Virus record (IMG/VR): IMGVR_UViG_3300045988_136394
Coordinates: 32,001 to 96,000 of that record
From: a virus
Reading direction: 5' to 3' (one strand)
Length of the DNA stretch: 64,000 nt
The notes below the pieces were generated by a model. The model worked only from the letters and a program-made list of their open reading frames with translations, was not told where the DNA came from and did not search any database. Positions 1-9,632 of the stretch are shown in pieces (within the stretch, counting starts at the first letter, position 1; each line of letters opens with the position of its first letter). Made by a program: the position numbers and the translations under genes.

Positions 1-273
1 GCAGTCCTCAACAGCGTCTTCATCCGCATCTTCGACTTCTTCTTCCTCAGAATCCTCAGAAGCTTCCTCGTCAACTTCCTCTTCAGTTTCTTCTTCTTCA
101 AGATCTTCGACTTCCTCAACTACTTCTTCCTCAACTTCCTTGTAAAAGCGTTCATAAGATTTGCGATTAACAATTCTTTCTTTACCGGAGTTCAAATCTT
201 TTAAAGTGATGTCATCTCCATCTTTGCTAACCAATTCAAATTCTGCGTTGTTTCTTGTGCAAATTACTTTCAT
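1..273 (-). CDS. Partial CDS (N-terminal part in window; continues beyond position 1); highly acidic E/D-rich protein
   Basis: ATG at 273 on minus strand; open frame to window edge; translation MKVICTRNNAEFELVSKDGDDITLKDL... then an E/D-rich tail. Not in ORF track because it lacks a stop. Confidence 0.4.
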   Translation of the reverse strand, partial: MKVICTRNNAEFELVSKDGDDITLKDLNSGKERIVNRKSYERFYKEVEEEVVEEVEDLEEEETEEEVDEEASEDSEEEEVEDADEDAVEDC

Positions 274-350
274 AATACTACCACACTTTCTAAATAAATT
301 TTGTAAGGTTTTCACCTTCAATTACATTATACCCTTCGTAAATTCAAAAG

Positions 351-1361
351 TCAATACTTTTTGGATAAAAAAATTTCAGGGCAATTTTTAAATTCCTGCT
401 CAGATAAATCATTAATATCTTTACCTCTTGGAACTACTAAAGATTTAACCAATTTATTATCAATAACTTTAATTAATCTCTTAGCGCCTTTATCTCCAGC
501 TTCATCTCCATCAAAAGCGGCTACTATTTTTCTAAAAGGAAGTTTTTTAATTAAATTAAATTGTTCTGGCGTGCCTGTACCTAATAATGCTATAGCAGCT
601 ACACCATATTTAACAGCCGTTATAGCATTTATTATACTCTCACACACATATAATGTATCTTGACTATAATCCAATTCATACACACCATATAATGGTTTAA
701 ACACGTTTTCCGGATAATGGTAAAGCTTGAAATGTATTGCCCTTCGTGCAATAAACAGAGTTCTGCCCTGCATATCCCTCACAGGGAATGTTATGCAGGG
801 AAAGGTATTTTCATTTTTCTTTAACTTAAATTTAGGGTCATAACCAATATCGTATTTTTCAATAAGTTCTTCAGTAAGACCTCGTTTAAACATATAATCA
901 TGATAATAACGATATCTATCTAATTGTTTTTCCGGAACATATTGTTGTTCTGAATGATTACTATTTCTACTCAATTTTAAATCTAAAGGTTTTCTATCTT
1001 CTATATCTATAGATAAAAAATTCTTTATTAGCCACTTTGTACCATATGCACCCGAATCATCATATCCATAAATATAACTAATCATTTCAGGTAGTGTTGC
1101 AGTATAGCCACATGTAAAACAATGTACAGTCCCGGCTGGAATTTTTTTACCATTTATTATTTTATCAACTCTTGATATACCACAAGAAGGCCTTTTTTCT
1201 TGCCCATTATTATGCACCGGACAACAAATTTGTATATTTGAATCTGTTACTATAAACCGACCAAACAAACTAATACCTAATTGTTCTTCTATCTGTGATT
1301 GTAAAAATTGCAAAATAGAAACATCGTCTTCTAATAAAGCTTTGCCCCGAATTGTAAACAT
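351..1361 (-). CDS. DNA primase, DnaG-like (CHC2 zinc finger + TOPRIM)
   Basis: Zinc-binding CPVHNNGQEKRPSCGIS...HCFTCG motif; TOPRIM-like LLGTG...AFDGDEAGDKG acidic motif; adjacent to DnaB-like helicase. Confidence 0.85.
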   Translation of the reverse strand: MFTIRGKALLEDDVSILQFLQSQIEEQLGISLFGRFIVTDSNIQICCPVHNNGQEKRPSCGISRVDKIINGKKIPAGTVHCFTCGYTATLPEMISYIYGYDDSGAYGTKWLIKNFLSIDIEDRKPLDLKLSRNSNHSEQQYVPEKQLDRYRYYHDYMFKRGLTEELIEKYDIGYDPKFKLKKNENTFPCITFPVRDMQGRTLFIARRAIHFKLYHYPENVFKPLYGVYELDYSQDTLYVCESIINAITAVKYGVAAIALLGTGTPEQFNLIKKLPFRKIVAAFDGDEAGDKGAKRLIKVIDNKLVKSLVVPRGKDINDLSEQEFKNCPEIFLSKKY

Positions 1362-2686
1362 TAAAAGACCTCTTTTCTATCTTTATATTTTTTACGTTGT
1401 GTTTCTTCGACTTTTTGCCGTTCTTGTGGGGCTACTGAATCCGTTGCACTTGGCACATAAACAAAACGCCCTTTATCGATATCCCAAAAATAAATCAGGT
1501 TTACTCCTACAGCACCAGTTCTATTTTTAGTCAACGATAATTTTAAGCCAGCCCCTGTTTGCCTAATAAACAATACCTTTGAACTATTTTGACCGATACT
1601 ATCGCTATCGGCTAAATTAGTTAAGTCTGGATCGTCTTGAACATTATCTTTACGAATATCACCATCACGATTTAATTGAGATAATCCGATTATTGGAATA
1701 TCATATCTTTCGGATAAACGCATTAAACCTTCAGTTATACTAAATAATTGTTCTGTTTTACTTTTTCCTCGACGATATGTTTCATCGTCCATTAAACTGT
1801 ATTGGTCAATACCAATAATATCAGCCTTACAAGCCGTTATCATTGATTGTATAGAGGATACGGTTGCCCTACCGCCAAAACTTTTAGGTGTAAAAACATA
1901 AAAAGGCAGCATATTTTTCTGTGTTTTATCAATAAAATCTTCATAACCTGAAACATTTTCACCAATAACAAGAGCTTTGTTCGAAAAATTGGCTAATAAA
2001 GTATCAAAACGATACCCAATTTGCATATCATTCATTTCGCCACTGTACATAGCAATACGCTTGCCCTGTTTCCATGCCTCTACTAACATTTTCAATAATA
2101 TCCACGTTTTACCCTGATTAGGTCTTCCTGCTACAGTCAATAATTCGTTTCCTGGCTCTAATCCATATATTACTTCGTCGAGTTCAGGAAATCCGGTTTT
2201 GATATAATTTGTTCCAAATTCCTTTTTTTGTTGGTGTAATTCTAATCTTTCTTTTGCTTTTTTAACTATATTAGAGCCACCAACAATATTTTGACTATTT
2301 AATGCAACTACCTGTGCAGATAAATAATTCAAAGCTTCCCTTGAATCGTCCCGCATTTTATCTGCGGTTTCCTGCACTACAGAAACCATCTGTGAATATA
2401 AATATTCTTCTCTTAGAGTGCTAATTAAAAAGTCGTCAGTTTCTTTAACTTCTGTAATTGGGAAATCTGGAAAATTTTGAAGCATTGTTTCTTTATCCGG
2501 AACTTTGCCATAAAGACTAACATGTCTACGAATAAAATTAAACTCTTCTTCGTATTCTAAAAAATAATCTTCCGTTAGGTTGTTTTGTGTAACAATATCA
2601 AAACTTCCTGTATTTAAACATTTGCTTAAAATTTGAAGTTTAACCACGACGTCTATCCTTTCCACGCAAAGCAACAATATCTCCAC
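1361..2686 (-). CDS. Replicative DNA helicase, DnaB family
   Basis: Walker A GRPNQGKTW, DnaB-like motifs IIGIDQYSLM and SQLNRD. Start uncertain: non-ATG at 2686, GTG at about 2647 overlaps the upstream stop. Confidence 0.85.
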   Translation of the reverse strand: MEILLLCVERIDVVVKLQILSKCLNTGSFDIVTQNNLTEDYFLEYEEEFNFIRRHVSLYGKVPDKETMLQNFPDFPITEVKETDDFLISTLREEYLYSQMVSVVQETADKMRDDSREALNYLSAQVVALNSQNIVGGSNIVKKAKERLELHQQKKEFGTNYIKTGFPELDEVIYGLEPGNELLTVAGRPNQGKTWILLKMLVEAWKQGKRIAMYSGEMNDMQIGYRFDTLLANFSNKALVIGENVSGYEDFIDKTQKNMLPFYVFTPKSFGGRATVSSIQSMITACKADIIGIDQYSLMDDETYRRGKSKTEQLFSITEGLMRLSERYDIPIIGLSQLNRDGDIRKDNVQDDPDLTNLADSDSIGQNSSKVLFIRQTGAGLKLSLTKNRTGAVGVNLIYFWDIDKGRFVYVPSATDSVAPQERQKVEETQRKKYKDRKEVF

Positions 2687-3326
2687 TCAAAATTCGACTG
2701 GATAAGCGTTTACCAACCTGTTTTTCTAAATCTTTATCAGAAACATTACTTGTAAAAATATTAGCAAGTCCCATATTCATTCTTGAATTAATAAAATCAT
2801 ATAAAGTATTTTGTTCAAAAGCGCTTAATCCTGAAACTGCAACATCATCCCAAACTACTAAATCAACAACAGGAATTAAATCTAATAAATCTTGTACATT
2901 ATTTGCTGAATTAAAGGATTGTTTTATGGAAAACAATAAATTTTGTGTAGAAAGGAACAGTCCCCGAGGTTTAAATCCGTTACCTAGCCAGATTTCACTA
3001 AAGTATCGCAGGAGAAATTTGGTTGCCCATGTAGTTTTCCCATTACCTGTAAAACAACTGTGAATAAATAAATTTTCACCCGCCGCCACAAAATTAATAA
3101 TATCCTGTTTTAAATCATTAAGATATTCAAAACTATCATAATCACAACTATCAGGTTTTAAATTTACAGATTTCTGATATACTTTTGGAATACGGCTAGT
3201 ATAAATTAAAAAATCAAATTCCATAAATCTTAAACAACTAGCACAACAGTCAGTTGTTTTGTACTTGCCACAAACATCTTTAAACCAGCATTTTTCACGA
3301 TCAAATTTATACTCATACATAATCAA
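2640..3326 (-). CDS. DnaC/IstB-like ATPase (putative helicase loader)
   Basis: P-loop FTGNGKTTWA; immediately upstream of DnaB-like gene with overlapping stop/start. Confidence 0.6.
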   Translation of the reverse strand: MIMYEYKFDREKCWFKDVCGKYKTTDCCASCLRFMEFDFLIYTSRIPKVYQKSVNLKPDSCDYDSFEYLNDLKQDIINFVAAGENLFIHSCFTGNGKTTWATKFLLRYFSEIWLGNGFKPRGLFLSTQNLLFSIKQSFNSANNVQDLLDLIPVVDLVVWDDVAVSGLSAFEQNTLYDFINSRMNMGLANIFTSNVSDKDLEKQVGKRLSSRILSGDIVALRGKDRRRG

Positions 3327-4102
3327 TACACCTTGTCAATAATAGTGTGATCTAATCCATCATCTTCCGGAGTTTGTTGGATATTATCAATAGGCTTATC
3401 TTTACGTTGCAATTCCCACACAGGCACTAAAACTTTATATCCTGCCGCAAGGGCTGTTTGAACTCTTGAATATACTTCTGTAAAAGATCTGCCTTTAAGG
3501 CTATTTAAAATTGCTTGCCATTGTTCTGGCTCTAATTTAAATTTTAATCGATATTTTAGATATGAACTCAAACAAGCTTTTAATACAGTCCTGTCATTCT
3601 TTATTAAAAAATTTTCTAAAAGAAAAGCGTCCAACTGCTTATCAAACCGCGAAAAATTATTTTCTTTGCTTGTTTTAGCACGTACCCCCCTTATACCCCC
3701 TAGTTTATTATCTATATTGCTATTTGGTATATTATTCTTATTGTCTAATTGTCTAGTATTATTATATTTATTATTTTCTTGTGTTCTACTTTCTGGAACA
3801 CGTTGTTCTACTTTCTGGAACACGTCAAAATTAATAGCATACGCATTTTTTAGTCCAATACCATTTTCGTGCATTGACTGTTTTTTTAGAATCAAATCTT
3901 TCTCGACTAAAGAATTTATACATTTCTGAACTGTTGCATTTGATAAATTTAAATGTTCAGCAAGACTTCTAATAGTCATTGTAAAATACTGATTTTCAAC
4001 ATTTGCATATCTATAAATTACAGCATAAATTGTTAGCTCCGAACCACTTAATTTAAGGTCTTTAAACATCCATTCGTGTACTGTATAGTAGAAATCTTTC
4101 AT
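3323..4102 (-). CDS. Replication initiator / replisome organizer (N-terminal winged HTH, DnaD-like C-terminus)
   Basis: HTH segment LSGSELTIYAVIYRYAN...TIRSLAEHLNLSNATVQKCINSLVEKDLI; position at head of helicase-loader-helicase-primase operon. Confidence 0.55.
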   Translation of the reverse strand: MKDFYYTVHEWMFKDLKLSGSELTIYAVIYRYANVENQYFTMTIRSLAEHLNLSNATVQKCINSLVEKDLILKKQSMHENGIGLKNAYAINFDVFQKVEQRVPESRTQENNKYNNTRQLDNKNNIPNSNIDNKLGGIRGVRAKTSKENNFSRFDKQLDAFLLENFLIKNDRTVLKACLSSYLKYRLKFKLEPEQWQAILNSLKGRSFTEVYSRVQTALAAGYKVLVPVWELQRKDKPIDNIQQTPEDDGLDHTIIDKVY

Positions 4103-4120
4103 AATTTTTCCTCAATTCTT

Positions 4121-4420
4121 TTATTTGTATACAATTTTTGTCGGTTTATCAATTCTTCTAGTATTAGCTTTTATAAAATCCTGTCTAGCTGCTTTTGTAG
4201 CAACTTGTTCATCAGACATTTTTTCTTGCAATTCAATTTCAATAATAATCTCTAACTCTCTATATTTTTTATAAATTGGGCAACTATCTTGCATACAGGG
4301 CTTGAAGTCTGTAATGATCTCCCCTTTATTATTAGCCCCTTTGTGTTCTACCTCGCAGGCATTAACGGTGTTGATACCCACTAATAAAGCCATACTCATT
4401 AACAATACTTTTTTCAACAT
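4121..4420 (-). CDS. Small secreted Cys-containing protein (signal peptide)
   Basis: N-terminal MLKKVLLMSMALLVGINTVNA signal-like; strong RBS AAGGAGG 9 nt upstream. Confidence 0.55.
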   Translation of the reverse strand: MLKKVLLMSMALLVGINTVNACEVEHKGANNKGEIITDFKPCMQDSCPIYKKYRELEIIIEIELQEKMSDEQVATKAARQDFIKANTRRIDKPTKIVYK

Positions 4421-4446
4421 AATAAATCCTCCTTATAACAGGAAAA

Positions 4447-4477
4447 GCCCCCTATATGATTGGCGGTCATAGGGGGC
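4447..4477 (-). terminator. Hairpin terminator/attenuator (stem GCCCCCTAT/ATAGGGGGC, 13-nt loop), short U-tract in both directions
   Basis: Perfect 9-bp GC-rich stem seen in sequence; T4 after stem on minus strand, T3 on plus. Confidence 0.55.
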
Positions 4478-4590
4478 TTTAGCCTGACAAATAAACAAAA
4501 ATGAGGGTTAAAAAGCGGCAAATACTTTTTGGAGTTACTCCTGAACATATCCGGGAACCGACCGCCAAGCTATTTCCCGCTTCTGTTATT

Positions 4591-4619
4591 ATAATACCAC
4601 AACCATTACAAGCTGTCAA
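4591..4619 (-). promoter_or_regulatory. Sigma-70-like promoter, minus strand: TTGACA-17 nt-TATTAT
   Basis: Plus-strand tgtcaa at 4614-4619 and ataata at 4591-4596 with 17-nt spacer; lies upstream of leader + hairpin + secreted-protein gene. Confidence 0.5.
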
Positions 4620-4636
4620 TACTTCGTAAAAAATTT

Positions 4637-4849
4637 TTATCTGCCACCGAACATCTTACTTGTTTCAATAATTTGATTATCTACTTCATCATTTACACGA
4701 CTCCAGGCTTTCTGCCTTACTTCATCTATATTGTCGTCAGTTTCTAGGCTAATCAACTCACTGGCTTCAAAAGTAAAAAATTCACCCTGTATCTGACAAC
4801 TTCTTTTACTGGAAACTGTGATTTCTTTAATCTTTGACATATTTAACAT
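4637..4849 (-). CDS. Hypothetical protein
   Basis: ORF in co-directional operon; overlaps next gene start. Confidence 0.45.
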   Translation of the reverse strand: MLNMSKIKEITVSSKRSCQIQGEFFTFEASELISLETDDNIDEVRQKAWSRVNDEVDNQIIETSKMFGGR

Positions 4850-5186
4850 CCATCCTTTGTGATTTTTTAACTACTTGAAAAGCAATTAATTCTTGTGGAA
4901 GTTTTTTATCCTCAAAAGCTACTTTATCTAACATATCATAATCAATAACTGTTTTAACTGTTAGACATTCTGGATGATTTTCTTCAAGCCATGTTATTAA
5001 TCTATCTTCATTGAAACTTGTTTGTTCAACTTCTTTAATTATTACTTCGCCATCATCAACAGTTATTGAAGATACATTATTTTTTTGCATATAAGCACGA
5101 ACATCTTCTTTTAACTTTTTAAGTTTTTTACTAAGAATGCTTTCTTCTTTATGTACACTAATTAATTCTTTTATTATTTTGTTCAT
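4827..5186 (-). CDS. Hypothetical protein
   Basis: ORF, co-directional, tight spacing. Confidence 0.5.
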   Translation of the reverse strand: MNKIIKELISVHKEESILSKKLKKLKEDVRAYMQKNNVSSITVDDGEVIIKEVEQTSFNEDRLITWLEENHPECLTVKTVIDYDMLDKVAFEDKKLPQELIAFQVVKKSQRMDVKYVKD

Positions 5187-5190
5187 TTTA

Positions 5191-5475
5191 TTACCTCCAA
5201 ACTAAATAAGCACAGCCAACAATTAATAATACAGCAAAAATAATAAACGCTACGTATTCACTTGAAGATACAGGAGCTCCAATATCATTACACAAATAAT
5301 TGTTTACCGTAGAATTTTCAGATTCTTTAGCTTTTGGTAAAGAATTATCGGCTGGAACAAAAGAATTGCAAACTTTAGCTGTTTTTTGATTGCATGTATC
5401 TTCAAAAAAGCATAAATTGCAATCTGTGCTTTTAGGTTTAAAACCTCTTCTTTTCTTTCTACGACTTCTTGACAC
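5191..5475 (-). CDS. Hypothetical membrane-anchored Cys-rich protein (basic N-terminus, C-terminal TM)
   Basis: MSRSRRKKRRG basic start; several Cys; C-terminal hydrophobic helix FIIFAVLLIVGCAYLVW. Confidence 0.5.
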   Translation of the reverse strand: MSRSRRKKRRGFKPKSTDCNLCFFEDTCNQKTAKVCNSFVPADNSLPKAKESENSTVNNYLCNDIGAPVSSSEYVAFIIFAVLLIVGCAYLVWR

Positions 5476-5486
5476 ATTATCCCTCC

Positions 5487-7157
5487 TTAATAAAGTAACA
5501 TATTAATGATTTCCTGCATACGAATAATATTACCACTATCAATAATACCTTGTGATAATAATTCTTTACGCCGAACAATCATCTCGACCTTTTCATCTAT
5601 TGAATTGGCACAAACAAGAGAATAAATATTCAAATCATTTGTTTGACCAATACGATGACATCTATCAATACATTGCTGTTTATCTGCACCAGTCCAAGGA
5701 CTATCAAAAAATATTACATTATTTGAATTATTGAAAGTTAAGCCAGTACCCATTAATTTTATAGTACCAACTAAAGCAACTTTGTTTTTGTCTGACTTAA
5801 AGGCATTTTCTGTGTCCTTTAGGTTTTTATTTTTGGCAAGATACCCCATAGCATTGTAAGGTTTTAGGATATCAACTATTATCTGCACTACCTCAGCCCA
5901 ATTACTAAATATAAGGCATTGTTCCCCTCTACTGGCAATTTCGTCCACCAGTTCTACTAATTTATCTAATTTAGCAGATTTTTGAACTGTAGAGCTTACT
6001 AGCTGCGGAGTTCCAACGACCTGTCTTAATCTTGTAAATTGTGCTAATGGATTTGGACTTAACATTATTAAATCAATTTTATCTTGCAATCCAGCTAATA
6101 CTTCTTTGTATAAAGGTTCTTGCTCTTTATACATATCAACATAAACTGTTTGTGGAAATTTTTGTGGTAATTCTAAAACATCTTCTTTTAATCGTCTTAA
6201 TTGAATATTTTTCAATCTTGTTTTTAATTCTTGCAAATTTCGATATCCAACTATTTCACGATCCATATACCCACCAAAAATACAATAATGATTTTTAAAG
6301 GCTGTATAACTATTTTCTTCATAACCTAATGATTTAAAGATAATAAATAAATCCATAGGTTGATTAACTAATGGTGTACCACTCATTGTTACACGATAAT
6401 CATTTTTGTTTTTGGTATTCATCACCTTAATGAATCCTTTTCCCTGTGCAGAGAGTGGATTCTTAACCTTATGAACTTCATCAATGAAAATAGCTCCTAT
6501 AGTTCCATTCTCATGATATTTTTTTAGTAATTTAACAATAGCTTCTTCCCGAAATGCTTCTATATTTATAATCCAGAAAAATTCTTCCGGAACTTCTTCT
6601 AAATCTTCTAATTTAGCTTTTGTTCCACCATCATATAATTTATTACTTCTTTTTCTAGAACGAAAACCTAATAATTTATAAGTTTCATCACTATGTGTTT
6701 CAATTTCATCACGCCAGTTCCAACGTAGTGAAGCTACACCACAAATAACAAGGCAATGCTCTACACCTTGTATTTCCTTCAGATATCTGGCTAAATCAAT
6801 TATTTGCTTTGTTTTACCAAGACCTTGTTCATCACCTAAATGCCAATGTCTTTTATCAATACCATATTTAACACCTTCTATCTGATATTGATAAGGCTTT
6901 GTTTTAAATGTAAAATCTCCAAGATCATTTTGCAATAATTCTTCACCAATTATTTGGTATTCTTGATTAATTAAAATATTTTTCACTGCTTGTAAATGTA
7001 TAGGAGCAATTTCCCAACAATCAGAATTTACATGAAAATATCTAAATTCTAATTTTCTAAATTTACTTACAATATCAATATCAAAACTGCATTTAATAAA
7101 TAAACAGTATTGAAAATCTTTAAATTTTTTAGATTCTTTCACATTAATTCTAATCAC
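5487..7157 (-). CDS. SNF2/RAD54-family DEAH helicase
   Basis: Motif I LGDEQGLGKT, motif II DEVH, helicase C motif VI QQCIDRCHRIGQ. Confidence 0.85.
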   Translation of the reverse strand: MIRINVKESKKFKDFQYCLFIKCSFDIDIVSKFRKLEFRYFHVNSDCWEIAPIHLQAVKNILINQEYQIIGEELLQNDLGDFTFKTKPYQYQIEGVKYGIDKRHWHLGDEQGLGKTKQIIDLARYLKEIQGVEHCLVICGVASLRWNWRDEIETHSDETYKLLGFRSRKRSNKLYDGGTKAKLEDLEEVPEEFFWIINIEAFREEAIVKLLKKYHENGTIGAIFIDEVHKVKNPLSAQGKGFIKVMNTKNKNDYRVTMSGTPLVNQPMDLFIIFKSLGYEENSYTAFKNHYCIFGGYMDREIVGYRNLQELKTRLKNIQLRRLKEDVLELPQKFPQTVYVDMYKEQEPLYKEVLAGLQDKIDLIMLSPNPLAQFTRLRQVVGTPQLVSSTVQKSAKLDKLVELVDEIASRGEQCLIFSNWAEVVQIIVDILKPYNAMGYLAKNKNLKDTENAFKSDKNKVALVGTIKLMGTGLTFNNSNNVIFFDSPWTGADKQQCIDRCHRIGQTNDLNIYSLVCANSIDEKVEMIVRRKELLSQGIIDSGNIIRMQEIINMLLY

Positions 7158-7215
7158 AATTATTGGCCTCCTTATATACTAATTATACCGCAATGATTTT
7201 AAAATGTCAATAAAA

Positions 7216-7245
7216 AAGAGTACATTCCGAAGAATGTACTCTTTA
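7216..7245. terminator. Bidirectional hairpin terminator (AAAGAGTACATTC-cgaa-GAATGTACTCTTT)
   Basis: 13-bp perfect inverted repeat flanked by A/T runs, directly after stop of 7248..7712 gene. Confidence 0.65.
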
Positions 7246-7247
7246 AA

Positions 7248-7712
7248 TTAAGCTTTGGCGACTTGCATATAGTAGCGATAAGCTTTGCCTTCGCTAACAT
7301 CGGGATCTTCAAACCAAGCCTTGCTCATTTTAACGTAGGTCGCTGTATCAGAACCTAATACGTTGTAATAATCGCTATAAAGCATATTCATTACAAAATA
7401 TAAATCCCAACGGTTAAATCCGATACATTTAATACCATACTGGCGGATTACATCATCAATCTGTTCAACAGACCAGTGAGCTCCTTCCGTACCATCTACG
7501 TTCTTGAAATTTTCAACAGCTTTTTCAGCTAACCAATCACTAAAATGCTCACCATAACACTCTTTATACAATTTGTCAACGACTTCGTCATAAACTTCTT
7601 TATCCGAATATTTTAATGGTTTAATAGCACTTTTAAAAGTTTCCATTAAAATATCATTAGTAAGACCTAAATCTTTCTGCTCTTTAAGATGTTTTAATAA
7701 TGTTTCTAACAT
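7248..7712 (-). CDS. Hypothetical protein
   Basis: ORF with coupled stop/start to next gene. Confidence 0.5.
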   Translation of the reverse strand: MLETLLKHLKEQKDLGLTNDILMETFKSAIKPLKYSDKEVYDEVVDKLYKECYGEHFSDWLAEKAVENFKNVDGTEGAHWSVEQIDDVIRQYGIKCIGFNRWDLYFVMNMLYSDYYNVLGSDTATYVKMSKAWFEDPDVSEGKAYRYYMQVAKA

Positions 7713-7713
7713 A

Positions 7714-8091
7714 TTAATCTTCCAATACTTCTACCGTAGGTACAGTAGGTGCTGTTGGAGTATAAACAGTATTAGGCACACAACACAACATAGAGAAATG
7801 ATTCGGGTCACTACCAAAGATAATTGGATAAACTCTACGGCAACGAATTTGATCTGCTCTTAACAGATTACCTGTGCGGGTATAAACCGGATAAACAGTA
7901 GTTCCGATTTGAATCTGCACTGGAAGCGTATTCGCCCCTGAAGGAAGACTCTGTGCAAGCACAAGACAAAATCTTTTTAAATTGGTGAGTGTAGGTGTAG
8001 TGCTAAGAGTGATAACTAGATTAGTTGAAGTAGTTGTGATGCTGGAACTTTTAATAAATCTATCACAGCGGTTACAGGCCACAATAATCAC
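7714..8091 (-). CDS. Hypothetical Thr/Cys-rich protein
   Basis: ORF; T-rich low-complexity stretch; CNRC and CC motifs. Confidence 0.4.
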   Translation of the reverse strand: MIIVACNRCDRFIKSSSITTTSTNLVITLSTTPTLTNLKRFCLVLAQSLPSGANTLPVQIQIGTTVYPVYTRTGNLLRADQIRCRRVYPIIFGSDPNHFSMLCCVPNTVYTPTAPTVPTVEVLED

Positions 8092-8098
8092 TTCCTAA

Positions 8099-8764
8099 TT
8101 AGATGCAGCCACAGCCATTGTTGCAACCGAATCCATTAGCGGAAGTATAGGGGCTGCAAGTAATGTATGCGGGCTGCGGGAATGGACGAACTGCGTTAAT
8201 AATGTTTTGAGTTTGGGACAAGTTGCCAAGTTGCAGTTGAGCAGCTTGCAGTTGATCACGAAGCTCTTGCATTACGTTTGCAGTCATCAGAGCACGAGTT
8301 GCTTCAGCTTCTGCATGAATTGCAGTAGTGATTTCACAAGTGTTCTTGTAGTTTTCTGCACGAACAGCATCAATATTGCGATTAGTTTCGCAGCAGCATT
8401 GCTGTGCGGCAAAGCGACTTTCTGCGATTGCAGCATTAGTCTGGTTGAATCCTTGACACAGACCCATTTGTAAAGCGCCAGTAGATTCACAGATATCTTT
8501 TTGGATACCGAAATTCTGATTAGCAAGCTGATTAAAGCCACGATCCAAAGTATTATTAAGGTTGGTATAAAGAAATTCATTAGTCAAGGTATTTACAGCA
8601 CCATTAGCGCCGTTACCACCAAAACCGCCGAAGCCACCGCCCCATGCGAGTAAGAAAAATAACATTACTACCCACATCCAGCCAGCTCCACCACCCATGA
8701 AGCCATCGCCATCAGATTTGTTCATGTCATAGACAGGAACCATTTGAGCACCTTCGAATGCCAT
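8099..8764 (-). CDS. Hypothetical membrane protein with Gly-rich segment and Cys-rich C-terminus
   Basis: TM helix WMWVVMLFFLLAW followed by GGGFGGFGGNG; CCCE and C-terminal CNNGCGCI. Confidence 0.45.
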   Translation of the reverse strand: MAFEGAQMVPVYDMNKSDGDGFMGGGAGWMWVVMLFFLLAWGGGFGGFGGNGANGAVNTLTNEFLYTNLNNTLDRGFNQLANQNFGIQKDICESTGALQMGLCQGFNQTNAAIAESRFAAQQCCCETNRNIDAVRAENYKNTCEITTAIHAEAEATRALMTANVMQELRDQLQAAQLQLGNLSQTQNIINAVRPFPQPAYITCSPYTSANGFGCNNGCGCI

Positions 8765-8817
8765 GATAAAACACTTCCTTTAATTTATTAAATCAAAATC
8801 TTTAGGTGCGCACCTTT

Positions 8818-9051
8818 TTAGATTTTAATTCCAAAATTACTTAAAACTCCCATAATTTGTTTAGGATCAATACCTTGAGTTTTAGCTAAATTAAAAGCCG
8901 TTTCTTTTAATTGATCCGGAGTTTTGCCTTGTGCCATTTTCATGGCCTGTTGAAATTTAGGGTCATTTCCGAACATGTGCTGCATTGCCGTTTGAGGATT
9001 TTGCATTTGCCGGAGTTGGTTGAATGCTTGCATCATTTGCATTAGATTCAT
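8818..9051 (-). CDS. Hypothetical Q/M-rich small protein
   Basis: ATG at 9051 with RBS AGGAGG 8 nt upstream; overlaps 3' end of upstream gene by 89 nt in another frame. Confidence 0.45.
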   Translation of the reverse strand: MNLMQMMQAFNQLRQMQNPQTAMQHMFGNDPKFQQAMKMAQGKTPDQLKETAFNLAKTQGIDPKQIMGVLSNFGIKI

Positions 9052-9481
9052 TTTGCTGACCTCCTAACTGATTTAAGAAATTTTCTATATTCTGTACCCG
9101 CTGATTTAAACCATTAAAATCATTAGATGTTACATATTCAATCTTATTTTCTTGTGGATTTACTAACTTATAAGTTTTTAATTCGGCTAAACCATTCATA
9201 CTCAATTGTTTTGTATAAATTTCACCATCTTGAATATTCACAAATACACTCATAGAGCCATCTAAAGCAATTCTAGCAGCTTTAGCTTCTTCTAAACAGG
9301 TAACAGGAACTGCTGATATAAATGATTGCATTTGTTGTGGCTGTTCTACTTGTCCGAACATATTTGGAACTTGAGGATTTATGGCTCTCTGCATTTGCTG
9401 AACTTGTTGCATACGATTATAACCATAATTAGGATTTGTCATTGGATTATTCATAGGATTCATATAATTATCGGGATACAT
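8963..9481 (-). CDS. Hypothetical protein with N/Q/M-rich low-complexity N-terminus and globular C-terminal domain
   Basis: RBS GGAGG 8 nt upstream of ATG 9481; N-terminal 60 aa rich in N, Q, M, P. Confidence 0.5.
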   Translation of the reverse strand: MYPDNYMNPMNNPMTNPNYGYNRMQQVQQMQRAINPQVPNMFGQVEQPQQMQSFISAVPVTCLEEAKAARIALDGSMSVFVNIQDGEIYTKQLSMNGLAELKTYKLVNPQENKIEYVTSNDFNGLNQRVQNIENFLNQLGGQQNESNANDASIQPTPANAKSSNGNAAHVRK

Positions 9482-9582
9482 ACATTTGTCCTCCTACCGC
9501 CGCCACCATATTTGGTTGATATTAAACTTTTTTGTAGTGGCGCATGGTTTATTACCTGTAATTATTGTAACAAAAATAAACC

Positions 9583-9622
9583 GCCCACACATATCCTAAA
9601 TTGTGTAGACGGTTTGTCTGTT
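9583..9622 (-). terminator. Rho-independent terminator after sigma-like gene
   Basis: Imperfect hairpin AAACCG..CACAC/GTGT..CGGTTT followed on minus strand by TTTATTTTTGTT. Confidence 0.5.
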
Positions 9623-9632
9623 TATTCCCTTG

